Shown here: one piece after another, positions 20,746 to 33,207 of the stretch | Layout: each line of letters starts with the position of its first letter | Numbering within the stretch: the stretch's first letter is position 1 | Assembly: GCF_006345805.1 (NCBI RefSeq) | Contig: NC_043024.1 | Location: 9,734,001-9,798,000 of the forward strand | From: Octopus sinensis | Lineage: Eukaryota | DNA: 64,000 nucleotides | Direction of reading: 5' to 3' | Translations under genes and position numbers: made by a program | Notes under the pieces: generated by a model | Told to the model about the DNA's origin: nothing | The model's input: only the letters and a program-made list of their open reading frames with translations | Databases searched by the model: none

Positions 20746-21926
20746 AGTGGTTGTATACTGTCAACTTAACGTGACAGTCCCGTAGAGGGAATCCCACCAC
20801 CGCTATTTAGCCCTAGGAAGCATCGACGCTTCCTGTTGGCTTTGACACATTTCCTCTGTCCTTATATTTTCAAAGGGGAGGCAAGCACCCCCGCCAGCTA
20901 TATATATATAACAGTATATATATATATACTAGCAGTATCGCTCGGGTTTGTAAGGGAAATAACTATATAAGCATTTTTAGAGAGTTACTTCCCTTATAGA
21001 TGCCAATTCGGGCTTTCTTAGCCATTTCTGTTTTGGTGTCTTCAAGCCATGAAGTCGTTGTTCTAAAAGAACGCTGGTCTCCTTGACAACGCATTACGAC
21101 GTTGATTTCCTTACACTCCCTTCCCCACAGCTTCGTGAGGGAGGGAAGAAGGGGGAGAAGCAAACAGGTGCAGGTGTGACCATGGACGCCAACTCCGCCG
21201 CCATCGACACACGAAAAATTATGCATTAAAATGGAATAAAAAATGATGTTAAATTATTTTTAAAATCGTAGACTCATCGTAGACGCGTGCTAATACCCAG
21301 AAGGGCTTGATATGAATCACGACTATAAGATACCCGAATTTGGTTAAACTGCACCGCAAAATGTGGGAGGAGTTAGGAATCTAAATCGAAGGGGACAGAC
21401 ACTCACACAACTACAGTTTTATATATATAGACTAGCAGTATTGCCCGGCGTTGCTCGGGTTTGTAAGGGAAATAACTATATAAGCATTTTTAGAGAGTTA
21501 TAGCAAAAAAATGCATTAAAAATGGAATAAAAAATGATGTTAAATTATTTTTTAAATCGTAGACTCATCGTAGATGCGCGCTAATACTCAGAAGGGCTCG
21601 ATATGAATCACGACTATAAGATACCCGGTTTTGGTTAAACTGCACCGCAAAATGTGGGAGGAGTTAGGAATCTAAATCGAAGGGGACAGACACTCACACA
21701 ACTACAGTTTTATATATATAGATATATATATAGAGAGAGAGAGAGAGAGTGCAGTTGTATAATGTCAACATAATGTGACAGTCCCATAAAGGGAATCACA
21801 CCATCGCTATTTAGCCCTAGGAAGCATAGACACTTCCTGTCGGCCTTGACACATGCTTCCTAGGGCTAAATAGCAGTGGTGTAATCCCCTTTACGGGACT
21901 GTCACGTTAAGTTGACAGTATACAAC
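20745..21926. mobile_element. Copies of the 1740-1975 family: 20745-20900 and foldback 21754-21827/21853-21926, flanking the Helitron-like tandem
   Basis: shared gtcaacttaa(c/t)gtgacagtccc...tatttagccctaggaagca sequence; 74-bp imperfect inverted arms. Confidence 0.6.
20928..21722 (+). mobile_element. Head-to-tail tandem of a non-autonomous Helitron/Helentron-like element (20928-21430; internally deleted copy 21431-21722)
   Basis: both start actagcagta, the second with hairpin cccggc-gtt-gctcggg; both end acagacactcacacaactacagttttatatatatag; no TSD. Confidence 0.55.
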
Positions 21927-22437
21927 AACTCTATACGCTCCACCACCGCTCATGTCTCCTTGAGACATTTAGAAATTTGATATTTCTGATCTTTATTCAA
22001 TGTCAAACATTAAACAGGAAAGTCTTTATTCAATGTCAAACATTAAAAAAAACAAATATTTATGAGGTCATTTAAAATGAAAATACTTTCAGTGAATTTT
22101 TCTCCGGCAAAAGTGCTCTCAGTAAAGTTTCCTATAATCCACTTGTTTTCCCAGGATAAGTGATTTAATTGAAGAGTCTACAATTGTCCGAGAAGAGCTG
22201 CTTGGGTCAAGAAGAGGAAGGAGGAGGAACGGGAGGGAAGCCGGACATATCAGAGAACGAGCTAACGAAGAGATTATAGGGCAAGGAGGACAAGTAGGGG
22301 GGGGGGACAGAGAGAGAGTGGTGGTGGTGATGGTCGTGTTGGGTGTGAGCTTCACAATGGTAAGATACTCTTCAGTATGAGACGGAACTAAATGTAGAAA
22401 AGCAGTAGTGTTGCTGTTAATATTATTCAAGGAGTGA

Positions 22438-22765
22438 GGGCGCGTGGCTTAGTGGTTAGGGCATTCAGCTCATGATCGTAAGGTTGTGAGTTCGATTCCC
22501 GGCGACGCGTTGTGTCCTTGAGCAAGACACTTTATTTCACGTTGCTCCAGTCCACTCAGCTGGCACAAATGAGTTGTACTTGTATTTCAAAGGGTCAGCC
22601 TTGTCACTCTCTGTGTCACGCTGATTATCCCGAGAACTACGTTAAGGGTACACGTGTCTGTGGAATGCTCAGCCATTTGCACGTTAATTTCATGAGCAAG
22701 CTGTTCCGTTGATCGTATCAGCTGGGACCCTCGTCGTCGTAACCGGCGGAGTCTTTTTATTATTC
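22438..22765 (+). mobile_element. tRNA-derived SINE (family C); related heads at 1020-1252 (-), 61095-61300, 61310-61570, 42920-43170
   Basis: A box TGGCTTAGTGG (22445), B box GAGTTCGATTCC (22488), tgtgtccttgagcaagacact core. Confidence 0.8.
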
Positions 22766-22774
22766 AAGGATAAT

Positions 22775-23580
22775 CATCATCATCATCATCATTTAGCGTC
22801 TGCTTTCCATGCTAGCATGGGTTGGACGGTTCGACCGGGGTCTGTGAAGCCAGAAGGCTGCACCAGGCTCCAGTCTGATCTGGCAGTGTTTCTACAGCTG
22901 AATGCCCTTCCTAACGCCAACCATGAGTATAGTGGGTGCTTTTTACGTGCCACCGACACAGGTGCCAGGCAAGACTGGCAATGGCCATGATTGGTTGGTG
23001 CTTTTTACGTGCCACCAGCACGGAAGCCAGTCAAGGCGGCACTGGCATTGGCCACGATTCGGATGGTGCTTTTTACGTGCCAATGGCACGGAAGCCAGTC
23101 AAGGCGGCACTGGCATTGGCCACGATTCGGATGGTGCTTTTTACGTGCCACCCGCACGGAAGCCAGTCAAGGCGGCACTGGCATTGGCCACGATTCGGAT
23201 GGTGCTTTTTACATGCCACCGGCACGGAAGCCAGTCAAGGCGGCACTGGCATTGGCCACGATTCGGATGGTGCTTTTTACGTGCCAATGGCACGGAAGCC
23301 AGTCAAGGCGGCACTGGCATTGGCCACAATTCGGATGGTGCTTTTTATGTGCCACCGGCATGGAAGCCAGTCAAGGCGGCGCTGGCATTGGCCATGAATC
23401 GGATGGTGCTTTTTATGTGCCACCAGCACGGAAGCCAGACAAGGTGGCGCTGGTATTGGCCACAATTCGGATGGTGCTTTTTATGTGCCACCGGCACGGA
23501 AGCCAGTCAGGGCAGCGCTGGCATTGGCCGCTTTCAGATGGTGCTTTTTACGTGCCACCGGCACAGGGATCACAACTACA
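22775..23580 (-). repeat. RTE 3'-UTR copy with a 68-bp unit x about 9
   Basis: gtgct anchors at 22998, 23066, 23134; tail and (ATC)n at 22775-22925. Confidence 0.9.
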
Positions 23581-23954
23581 TATATATATATATATATATC
23601 AGGTGAATAGATTTAAAACATGGTCTGGTTTTTCATGTTTTTTTATTATGGTATTTTAACATTAAAAAAGCTATTTTGTAATACTCATAAAGTTAAATTA
23701 GCGCTTTCATACACAGAGTAATCATCAAATTTCAAATGTGTTTAACTGACAACACACAAATACATTAATCTAAAAATAATCACTGCTGTATAAATTCCAC
23801 TCTGAGCTGAAGTCGAAGAATATATATAGATAATGTGAATTGGTAAAGGAAGTTCCTTGTTCTGTTCTTGAACAATGTCTGACTGTTGTAGAACTAAGAA
23901 GGAAGAAAGATAACTATATGTGCGCAAACACACACACATAGATACGTGTGTGTT

Positions 23955-23991
<37 letters not shown>

Positions 23992-24157
23992 ATAATAAGG
24001 GTTAGGCAAAAGAATTTGCTTCATCACACACCGAACTTTAGAAATAGCAGCCAAAATAAAAATATAACAAATATTGTTTAAATTTACCGATAATGGTCTT
24101 TTACATACCGAATCACTACTTGGTGGAATTATTAATTAATTAATTTTTACCCTTATT

Positions 24158-24189
<32 letters not shown>

Positions 24190-24844
24190 TAATATATATA
24201 TATACATATATATATATATGTATGTGTGTGGGATAACATGTTGTGTAGTTGGCAAAGACACACTGATTTCTTTGTTACCCAAAAGGATTTCTGTGGTCCA
24301 TAATATATAAACACACACATATATATTCTACTATATATTTGTGAAAAGGGTGGGCGTTGTTTCACAAGCAGTTGTGCAGGCAAAAGTGTTAGTAAATGTG
24401 GTCGGATTGACCTGAAAATTTGCACACCTATTTTAAAAGTGCTGGGTGAATTTGCATGGCAACTTTGAGTTAGCTGAATTGAAATGTGTGGCCCCTTGGG
24501 CAAAATTCCTCATCTTTAAAATGTGGCCCAAGTTGACTGAAATGAAATTAGGTTATAATACTAATATATAGGTTATAACACTAGTTATAATACTAGTATA
24601 TTTATATATATACTAAGCAGAAAATAGAGAAAGGTTTTCGCCATTTTCTTCTAATCTAAATTTGATTTGTGATAAACTTTCGTTTATTCTGTTATAAACT
24701 GTACCCTATGAGCACAGTGTGCCTGCATACCCATGCCTAGGGTTAACATATGTAAAGGATACTGGTAGTACGAATGGGTATTTTTATCCCTTAGACAGTT
24801 ATTAGTTTAATGTTATTAGTTTAACGTCTGCTTTCCATACTGGT

Positions 24845-25120
24845 TGGACAGTTTGACTGAGGTCTGGCTAGCCAGAAGGCTGCACCAGGTTCCCAATCCA
24901 ATCTGGCAGTGTTTCTACAGCTGGATGCCCTTCTTGGACAGTTTGACTGAGGTCTGGCTAGCCAGAAGGCTGCACCAGGTTCCCAATCCAATCTGGCAGT
25001 GTTTCTACAGCTGGATGCCCTTCTTGGACAGTTTGACTGAGGTCTGGCTAGCCAGAAGGCTGCACCAGGTTCCCAATCCAATCTGGCAGTGTTTCTACAG
25101 CTGGATGCCCTTCTTAACGC
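24845..25120 (-). repeat. 90-bp unit x 3 inside an RTE tail copy
   Basis: near-identical triplication (30-aa periodic ORF-track peptide). Confidence 0.9.
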
Positions 25121-26553
25121 CAACCACTCCGAGAGTGTAATGGATGCTTTTTATGTGCCACTGGCATGAGGGCCAGTCAGGCAGTACTGGCATCGCCCAC
25201 GCTTGCATGGTTCTTTTTATATACCACCAGCATGGGGGGCAGTCAGGCGGCACTGGCAACCACCACGCTTCAATGGTGCTTTTTATGTGCCACAGGCATG
25301 GGACCAGTCAGCCCGCAATAGAAAATTAATACGATATTTACAGGTGGCAAGAAGACCTTTAGACCACCCTGTCCATCAAAAGCATTAAAACCCTTAAAAA
25401 TCTATTGTGGATTCTGGATTTGATAATTTGTTGTGTGGACCCCAACAAAATTTTATATGGACCCTCAGGAGCCATATGGAACCCAGTTTAGATCCCCCAT
25501 TTCAGAGTCAATAAAATAAACAACGGTTCAGTACCGGAGTGAGTGCAATCAACTTTTCTCTCCCCTCATGGGGCTCGGTACCAAATTAAGAAAGGATTGT
25601 TTTTCTTGTTGTTGTTGTTCTTGCTAACATTTATTAATTAAATAATTTATATTCCATCGACAATAGGGGTGGCTGTGTGGTATGAAGTTCGCTTCTCAAC
25701 AACATGATTTTGGGTTCAGTCCCACTACATGGCACCTTGGGCAAATTTCTTCTACTATAGCCTCGGGCTGACCAAAGCTTTGTGAGTGGATTTAGTAGAC
25801 AGAAATTGAAAGAAGCCGGCAAGCTGGCAGTATCGTTAGCATGGCAGACGAAATGCTTAGCGGTATTTCGTCTGCCGCTACGTTCTGAGTTCAAATTCGG
25901 TCGCGGTTGACTTTGCCTTTCAACCTTTCGGGGTCAATAAATTAAGTATCAGTTACGCACTGGAGTTGATGTAATCAACTCAATCCCTTTGTCCTTGTTT
26001 GTTCCCTCTATGTTTAGCCCCTTTTGAGCAATAAAGAAATAAGAAGTTGAAAGAAGCCCCTCGCATGAATGTGTGCGTGTGTGTGTATATTTATCCCCCT
26101 CCACCACCGCTTGGCAACCGGTGTTGGTGCGTTTATGTCCCCGTAACTTAGCAGTTCGGCAAAAGAACCTGATAGTATATGTACCTGGCTTAAAGAAGAA
26201 AAAAAATAGTACTGGGGGCCAACTAAAAACTTTTTAAAGAGGTGCCCCAGTATGGCCGCAGTCTAATAACCGAAACAAATAAAAGGTAAGAATAATATGC
26301 ATATATACGACGGGCTTCTTTTAGTTTCCATCTACGAATTCCACTTACACCGATTTAGTTAGTCCGGGGGGTATAGTAGAAGACATTTGACCAAGGGGTG
26401 TCGCACAGGGAGAAATTTGAACTCAAGACAACACGATTGGTAAAAGAGCTTCTTAACCACAGAGCCACACCTACACTTGTTGTCTGTACCGTTTTTCATT
26501 CCAGAAATTTATATCAGAAATCATCAGCCTCAAACGATGCCGCAAAACTTCCA

Positions 26554-27405
26554 GATCTTTTCGGTTTGAACGGCAGTTTTTTAACATAATTTCTAGGTAA
26601 CTAAAAAATGTCAAACTTCGTATACTGGTAGAATGTGTTTATAAAACATCTTTTTCTGGCAATCTTTCGTCTCTAGTAGACCTTTCCGTCGATTTCCGTA
26701 AAAAAATTAATTTTTTTTTACATATGGGCTTGCGGGAACTTTTGAAGTAATGAGAGCGAAAGAGACTAAGAGAAAGCGATTATATGACGAGGGAAGTTCT
26801 TTTGAAGTTACCGTGCATGGGAAGCATTGATGTACATGTGTGTGTGTGTGTTTGATGGGGTGTGGGAGACAGACAGTGTGTTGTGTAAGTGAAGTGCTTC
26901 TGTTAGTGTGTGTGAAGAGACAGAGAGAGTAATGTGTGAAAGAGAGAGATAACTGAAATTTTTTACTCGGTGTATGTGTATATGTATGTATATTACTTTA
27001 AAAGTTCCCGCAAGCCCATATGTAAAAAAAAAATTATTACGGAAATCGACGGAAAGGTCTACTAGAGACGAAAGATCGCCCTTTTTCTCTTGGCTTTATT
27101 GAGAAAATTGTATGGTTTGTAAGATATTTGTTGTTTTTCCATCAATTTCTGCAATTTCAACCAATCAATGACGTCTATTGAGGTAAACAACATTCTGTGC
27201 CGTATGAATATATCCCTCGTTTAAGAAACAGATTGGGTTTATTTACATTTGTGAAGAAAAAAGGATACCCTTCCCCCACCCCTAACTCTAACCCTAACCC
27301 TAAAACAGATTGAAATGCAATAGATCGATACTAGGGTCATAATTATGGGTGACAATTTCATATGACACCGCTAGAAAAAAACTGCCGTTGGAACCGAAAA
27401 GATCC
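26554..27405. mobile_element. Host MITE with about 30-bp TIRs (gatcttttcggtt..aacggcagtttttt) and 8-9-bp TSD AAACTTCC(A), containing the nested MITE and a (CCCTAA)n motif
   Basis: TSD at 26545-26553 and 27406-27414. Confidence 0.82.
26658..27080. mobile_element. 423-bp MITE, about 80-bp TIRs starting GGC(A/G)ATC, 8-bp TSD CTTTTTCT (Merlin-like signature)
   Basis: TSD at 26650-26657 and 27081-27088; near-perfect TIRs. Confidence 0.88.
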
Positions 27406-27504
27406 AAACTTCCAGTTCGGTTTTTTAATCTCCATTCATTGACGACAGCTGAATAAAACAAGCTAAACTACAGGTTTACATTCAATAAAACAAGCCAAAC
27501 CACA

Positions 27505-27615
27505 GATATACCGTTAGATTTAGATAAAATCATGTGACGTCCTTAATCTAACGGAAGTCACCTTTTGGTTTTGACCTCAATTGACGGATGTGACCTCACT
27601 AGTAAGGTGTGTCAA
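27505..27615 (+). promoter_or_regulatory. Candidate promoter or first exon (possibly cortactin)
   Basis: non-repetitive island with TCATGTGACGTC (E-box/CRE-like), CGGAAGT (ETS), 10-bp inverted repeat ccgttagatt/aatctaacgg and a possible donor near 27602; motif evidence only. Confidence 0.2.
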
Positions 27616-27989
27616 CATCAGATTCATCAGTTTCAGGACAACAGAATATATATATATATATATATGTATATATAAATATATATACACCCTCCAGTCCCGG
27701 ACATATATATACATCTTGGCCGTTATTTATAATCCAACCACGAATAAAAGAGAAAGCCTTCACAATGTAAGTAATATATATAAATATATATATAATATAT
27801 ATATCTGGTGTGTTTATTAATTAATCTATTGAGGATTAATTAAATATTAATTACATGTGTATATTTAAGTCTGTTAATGATAAGGTGCCTTGCTTGCTTG
27901 CTTCTGATAACTGGATTTTTTTTTGATTTTCTATTTACGGGTAGAAGCAAGAAGTCGGGTAGATCTTGTAGTATTGTATTGTCTGTCAC

Positions 27990-28335
27990 TCGTATATATA
28001 TATATGTATGTATATGTATATATATGTGTGTATGTATGTATGTATGTATGTATATATATATGTATGTATGTATATATATATGCATGTATATATACATGTA
28101 TGTATGTATATATACATGTATGTATATATATATATGTGTATATATGTATGTATATATATGTATGTATGTATATATACATGTATGTATATACATGTATGTA
28201 TGTATGTATATATATGCATGTATATATATGCATGTATGTATATATACATGTATGTATACATGTATGTATGTATATATGTATGTATATATATGCATGTATA
28301 TATATATATATGCATGTATATATATATATATATGC

Positions 28336-28372
<37 letters not shown>

Positions 28373-28374
28373 TG

Positions 28375-28407
<33 letters not shown>

Positions 28408-28609
28408 ATATATGTATATATATACACACATCCCTGTATCAGTTTGTGTGCGTATATATATATAATAAACACATATATTCATGCATATATATATATACAC
28501 ATATATATGTGTGTGTGTGTGTGTATATATATATTTATATACACATATCCCTGTATCAGTGTGTGTGCCTATATATATAATACACACACACACACATATT
28601 CATGCATAT

Positions 28610-28641
<32 letters not shown>

Positions 28642-29883
28642 ATACACATGTACCCGATTTGATCATATCTACCCCACCTCCTTTTTATCTGCACAGTTCT
28701 TTTGTTATGAGAATATCCCTGAACGAGCCGTGCTGTGACCAAAAGGCTTTCCAGCCTTGACCAATCCGTCTTTTTATTCGGAAAGAATGTTTCCGTTAAG
28801 AAGAACGGAAAAAAAAATAAAGAAAAAAAGCCAGTAGTGTGTACGAATTGAATGAGAGATCGGGTTTCTGGCTGCTATTTCTAGCCGATCGAGCGACAAC
28901 CAACCCGTTCTCGAGTTGTTACGTACGTACCCCGGTATCCAGGGCAGTCGAAAAGATTTATGGTCAAAACGTCCGTCCGTGACCATCATGTCGTATCAGA
29001 AATATATCTCGGTGAACATAATTTAAAATGCCGGTTCGTTATTCAAGAGGGTTAGAGTGTGATTTGAGGGAGATTTGACTGTCATTTCTAGCATATAAAG
29101 CTAAGGAACCGCTATGCGACCAGTGGAAGTGTTAGAAATAGCAGTCGAATCTCCCTCAGAATACATTGTATTGTCTTATGAAATAAGCATTAAAGAACAT
29201 CTTTAATATTGTATTTCTTGATGTAGATGCGAACAAAAAAAAGGGGATGGTCGTGAATGGAATGCCTTCTGTTATAGATCTTACTTGATGAGGATGAGTT
29301 TGACATAGGATTAAATATCAACACAGAAAGACAAGTGCGTGTGTGTGTGTGTGCATATATATGTATATATATAATTGCCGAATAATATGTGTGCTTGTAT
29401 ATAAAACTTGCTGTTTTGTTGTTAATTAGATTTTGTTAGCGTGATGTGTGTGTATGTATATCTATCTGTCTGTCTATATGTCTATCTATCTATCTGTCTG
29501 TCTGTCTATATGTCTATCTATCTTTCTGTCTGTCTATATATCTATCTATCTGTCTGTCTGTCTGTCTATATATCTATCTATCTATCTGTCTGTCTGTCTA
29601 TATATATATCTATCTGCCTATCTATCTGTCTATCTGTCTGTCTATCTATCTATCTGTCTGTCTGTCTATCTATCTGTCTGTCTGTCTATCTATCTATCTG
29701 TCTGTCTATCCATCTATCTGTCTGTCTATCCATCTATCTGTCTGTCTATCCATCTATCTATCTGCCTATCCATCTATCTATCTGTCTATTTGTCTATCTA
29801 TCTATCTATCTGTCTATTTGTCTATCTATCTATCTATCTGTCTATTTGTCTATCTATCTATCTGTCTATCTATCTGTCTATCC

Positions 29884-29923
<40 letters not shown>

Positions 29924-30035
29924 GTATATCCGTCTATCCATCTATCTATCTATCTATCTATCTATCCATCTGTATATCCGTCTATCCATCTATCTATGCA
30001 TCTATCTATCTGTCTATCTATCTATCTCTTTCTCT
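27990..30035. repeat. Compound microsatellites: TA/TG/CATG (27990-28650) and (TCTA/TCTG)n (29455-30035)
   Basis: direct reading. Confidence 0.93.
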
Positions 30036-30315
30036 CTCAGTGAAGACATATATAGGCGGAGACTTCGAAGTCACTGTCTCTCAGTAACTATTCTTGTAAA
30101 ATGTGTAACATGCATTCTGTTGAAAAGTACCGACTAATTCTTCCGTTAAATGTCTAATTGCTTTCATTATAACGCACCATAAAAACAAAACACATATATA
30201 AATATATCTATATGTGTGTGCTTGAAGAAGATTTTATATTCTCAGAATATTCAGAACAGGAACGAGAATGTGTGAAATTTCAGCAGGAAGTAGCGACTGT
30301 GAGATTATATATATA

Positions 30316-30358
<43 letters not shown>

Positions 30359-30565
30359 GCGTCTACACACAAGCACACAACAAGTATTTTTGTATAGTAA
30401 GAAGAAAAGAAAAAATAGCAATTATTATGACTCAAACGTTGTTACACAATCTTTATCATCATCTCCAACACCATTCCGTTATCTGACAAAGAAATTAAAA
30501 ACTTCACACGCACAAACCCCCCATATACGCACGCACGCACTAACGCTCTCTCTCACACACACACA

Positions 30566-30600
<35 letters not shown>

Positions 30601-30815
30601 CACCAGAAGCTTCCTATCTTCCTATTCAGAAAGTCTAGACTGTTTTAAGATGCTGCACACGCTTCCTCTCTCTCTCTTCATCTTCTCGTTGCTATCTTTG
30701 TACCGCACCAAAAAACTGCACAGTTGGCACCGTAGGCAAGTGTCTTTTACTGAAAAAAACTCTTGGATTGTACTACGCCTTCTTGAGTGGATGGAAACTG
30801 TGCAGAAGCCTGTAG

Positions 30816-30848
<33 letters not shown>

Positions 30849-30964
30849 AACGATAAACTTTTAATTAGTGTTCCACTGTGGGAAAAGTTCTGTTGCAGTG
30901 TTAATTTAAATTTGGCTATGGTGGATCGAATCCACTTCATGCTTGCAAGATCCACTACATAGAA

Positions 30965-31044
30965 TATATATATATATTATATTGTATATATATATATGTG
31001 TGTGTGTGGTGTGTGTTGTGGTGTGTGTGTGTGTGTATATGTGG

Positions 31045-31079
<35 letters not shown>

Positions 31080-31391
31080 ATTGTGTGTGTGTGTGATATA
31101 TGTGTGTGGTGTGTGTATATATGTTGTGTGTGTGTATATATATGTGTGTGTGTGTTATATATATGTGTGTGTGTGTATATATATGTGTGTGTGTGTGTTG
31201 TATATATATGTGTGTGTGTGTATATATATGTGTGCGGTGTGTGTGTATATATATTGTGTGCGTGTGGTGTGTGTGTATATGTGTGTGTGCGTGTGTGTGT
31301 GTGTGTGTATATGTGTGTGTGCGTGGTGTGTGTTATATATGTGTGTGCGTGTGTGTGTTGTATATATGTGTGTGCGTGTGTGTGTGTTATA

Positions 31392-31422
<31 letters not shown>

Positions 31423-32665
31423 GTGTGCGTGTGTGTGTGTATATATATGTGTGCGTGTGTGTGTGTATATATATGTGTGCGTGTGTGTGTGTATATATAT
31501 GTGTGCGTGTGTGTGTGTATATATATGTGTGCGTGTGTGTGTATATATGTGTGCGTGTGTGTGTGTATATATATGTGTGCGTGTGTGTGTGTATATATAT
31601 GTGTGCGTGTGTGTGTGTATATAATGTGTGCGTGTGTGTGTGTATATTATGTGTGCGTGGTGTGTGTGTGTTATATATGTGTGCGTGTGTGTGTGTATAT
31701 ATATGTGTGCGTGTGTGGTGTGTATATATATGTGTGTGTGGGTGTGTATATATATGTGTGTGTGTGTATGTATATATGTGTGTGTGTGTGTGTGTATATA
31801 TATGTGTGCGTGTGTGTGTGTATATATATGTGTGCGTGTGTGTGTGTATATATATGTGTGCGTGTGTGTGTGTATATATGTGTACGTGTGTGTGTGTATA
31901 TATATGTGTGTGTGTGTATATATATGTGTGCGTGTGTGTGTGTATATATATGTGTGCGTGTGTGTGTGTATATATATGTATGCGTGTGTGTGTGTGTATA
32001 TGTATGTATGTGTGTGTGTATATATGTATGTGTGTGTGTATATATGTATGTGTTTGTATATATATGTATGTATGTATATAGATATATGTATGTATGTGTG
32101 TGTATATATAGATATATATGTATGTGTATATATATATATATATTATATGTGTATATATATATATATATGTGTTGTGTGTGTAATATATGTGTGTGTGTGT
32201 ATATATATATGTGTGTGTGTGTATATATATAGGTGTGTGTGTATATATGTGTGTGTGTGTGTATATTATATGTGTGTGTGTGTATATATATATGGTGTGT
32301 TGTGTATATATATATATGTGTTTATATATATATATATGTGTGTGTGTGTGATATATATATGTGTGTGTGTGTGTATATATAGTGTGTGTGTGTGTATATA
32401 TATATGTGTGTGTGTGTGTGTATATATATATGTGTGTGTGTGTGTGTATATTATCTATATGTGTGTGTGTGTGTAATATATTGTGTGTTGTGTGTGTATT
32501 ATATATATGTGTGTGTGTGTGTGTGTATATATATATGTGTGTGTGTCTATATATATGTGTGTGTGTGTGTATATATATATTGTGTGTGTGTGTTATATAT
32601 ATATGGTGTGTATATATATATATATGTATATATGTGTGTGGTTATATATATATGTTGTGTGTGTG

Positions 32666-32696
<31 letters not shown>

Positions 32697-32875
32697 TATA
32701 TATATATATATGTATGTGTGTGTATATATATATATATATCTGTATGTGTGTGTGTGTATATATATATATATGTAGTGTGTGTATATATATATATATGTGT
32801 GTGTGTGTATATATATATATAGTGTGTGTGTATGTATATATATGTATGTGTATTATATATATGTATGTGTGTGTG

Positions 32876-32906
<31 letters not shown>

Positions 32907-33207
32907 TATTTGTGTGTGTATATATATATGTATGTGTGTGTGTTGTTATATAATATGTATGTGTTGTGTGTGTTATATATATGTATGTGTATATTATATA
33001 TATGTGTGTGTGTGTGTTATAATATATATGTGTTGTGTGTATATATATATGTGTGTGTATATATATGTATGTGTGTGTATATATATATATATTGTATGTG
33101 TGTGTGTATATATATATGTGTGTGTGTATATATATAATGTGTGTGTATATATATGTATTGTGTGGTATATTATATAATGTATGTGTATATATATATATAT
33201 ATATGTA
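30965..33207. repeat. about 2.2-kb compound (TG)n/(TA)n tract with a 22-24-bp higher-order unit (atatatgtgtgcgtgtgtgtgtgt) at about 31400-32000
   Basis: direct reading. Confidence 0.95.

Noticed and set aside
22438-22510. tRNA gene
   Set aside because: Has A and B boxes but continues into a SINE core and tail; no convincing acceptor stem. The same applies to the other SINE heads.
26490-26535. CTGATGA motifs at about 26521 (-), 27625 (-), 22370 (-) and 44725 (-)
   Set aside because: No matching GAAA-palindrome-UH with a complementary helix I could be built.
27283-27303. Telomere or chromosome-fusion scar
   Set aside because: Only about 3-4 hexamers, inside a TIR- and TSD-bounded element.
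27840-33177. Long ORFs rich in Y/I/C/V/M/H/T (also 586-1034, 4014-4356, 36919-37857, 48215-50046)
   Set aside because: Translations of stop-free microsatellites; no splice or homology support.
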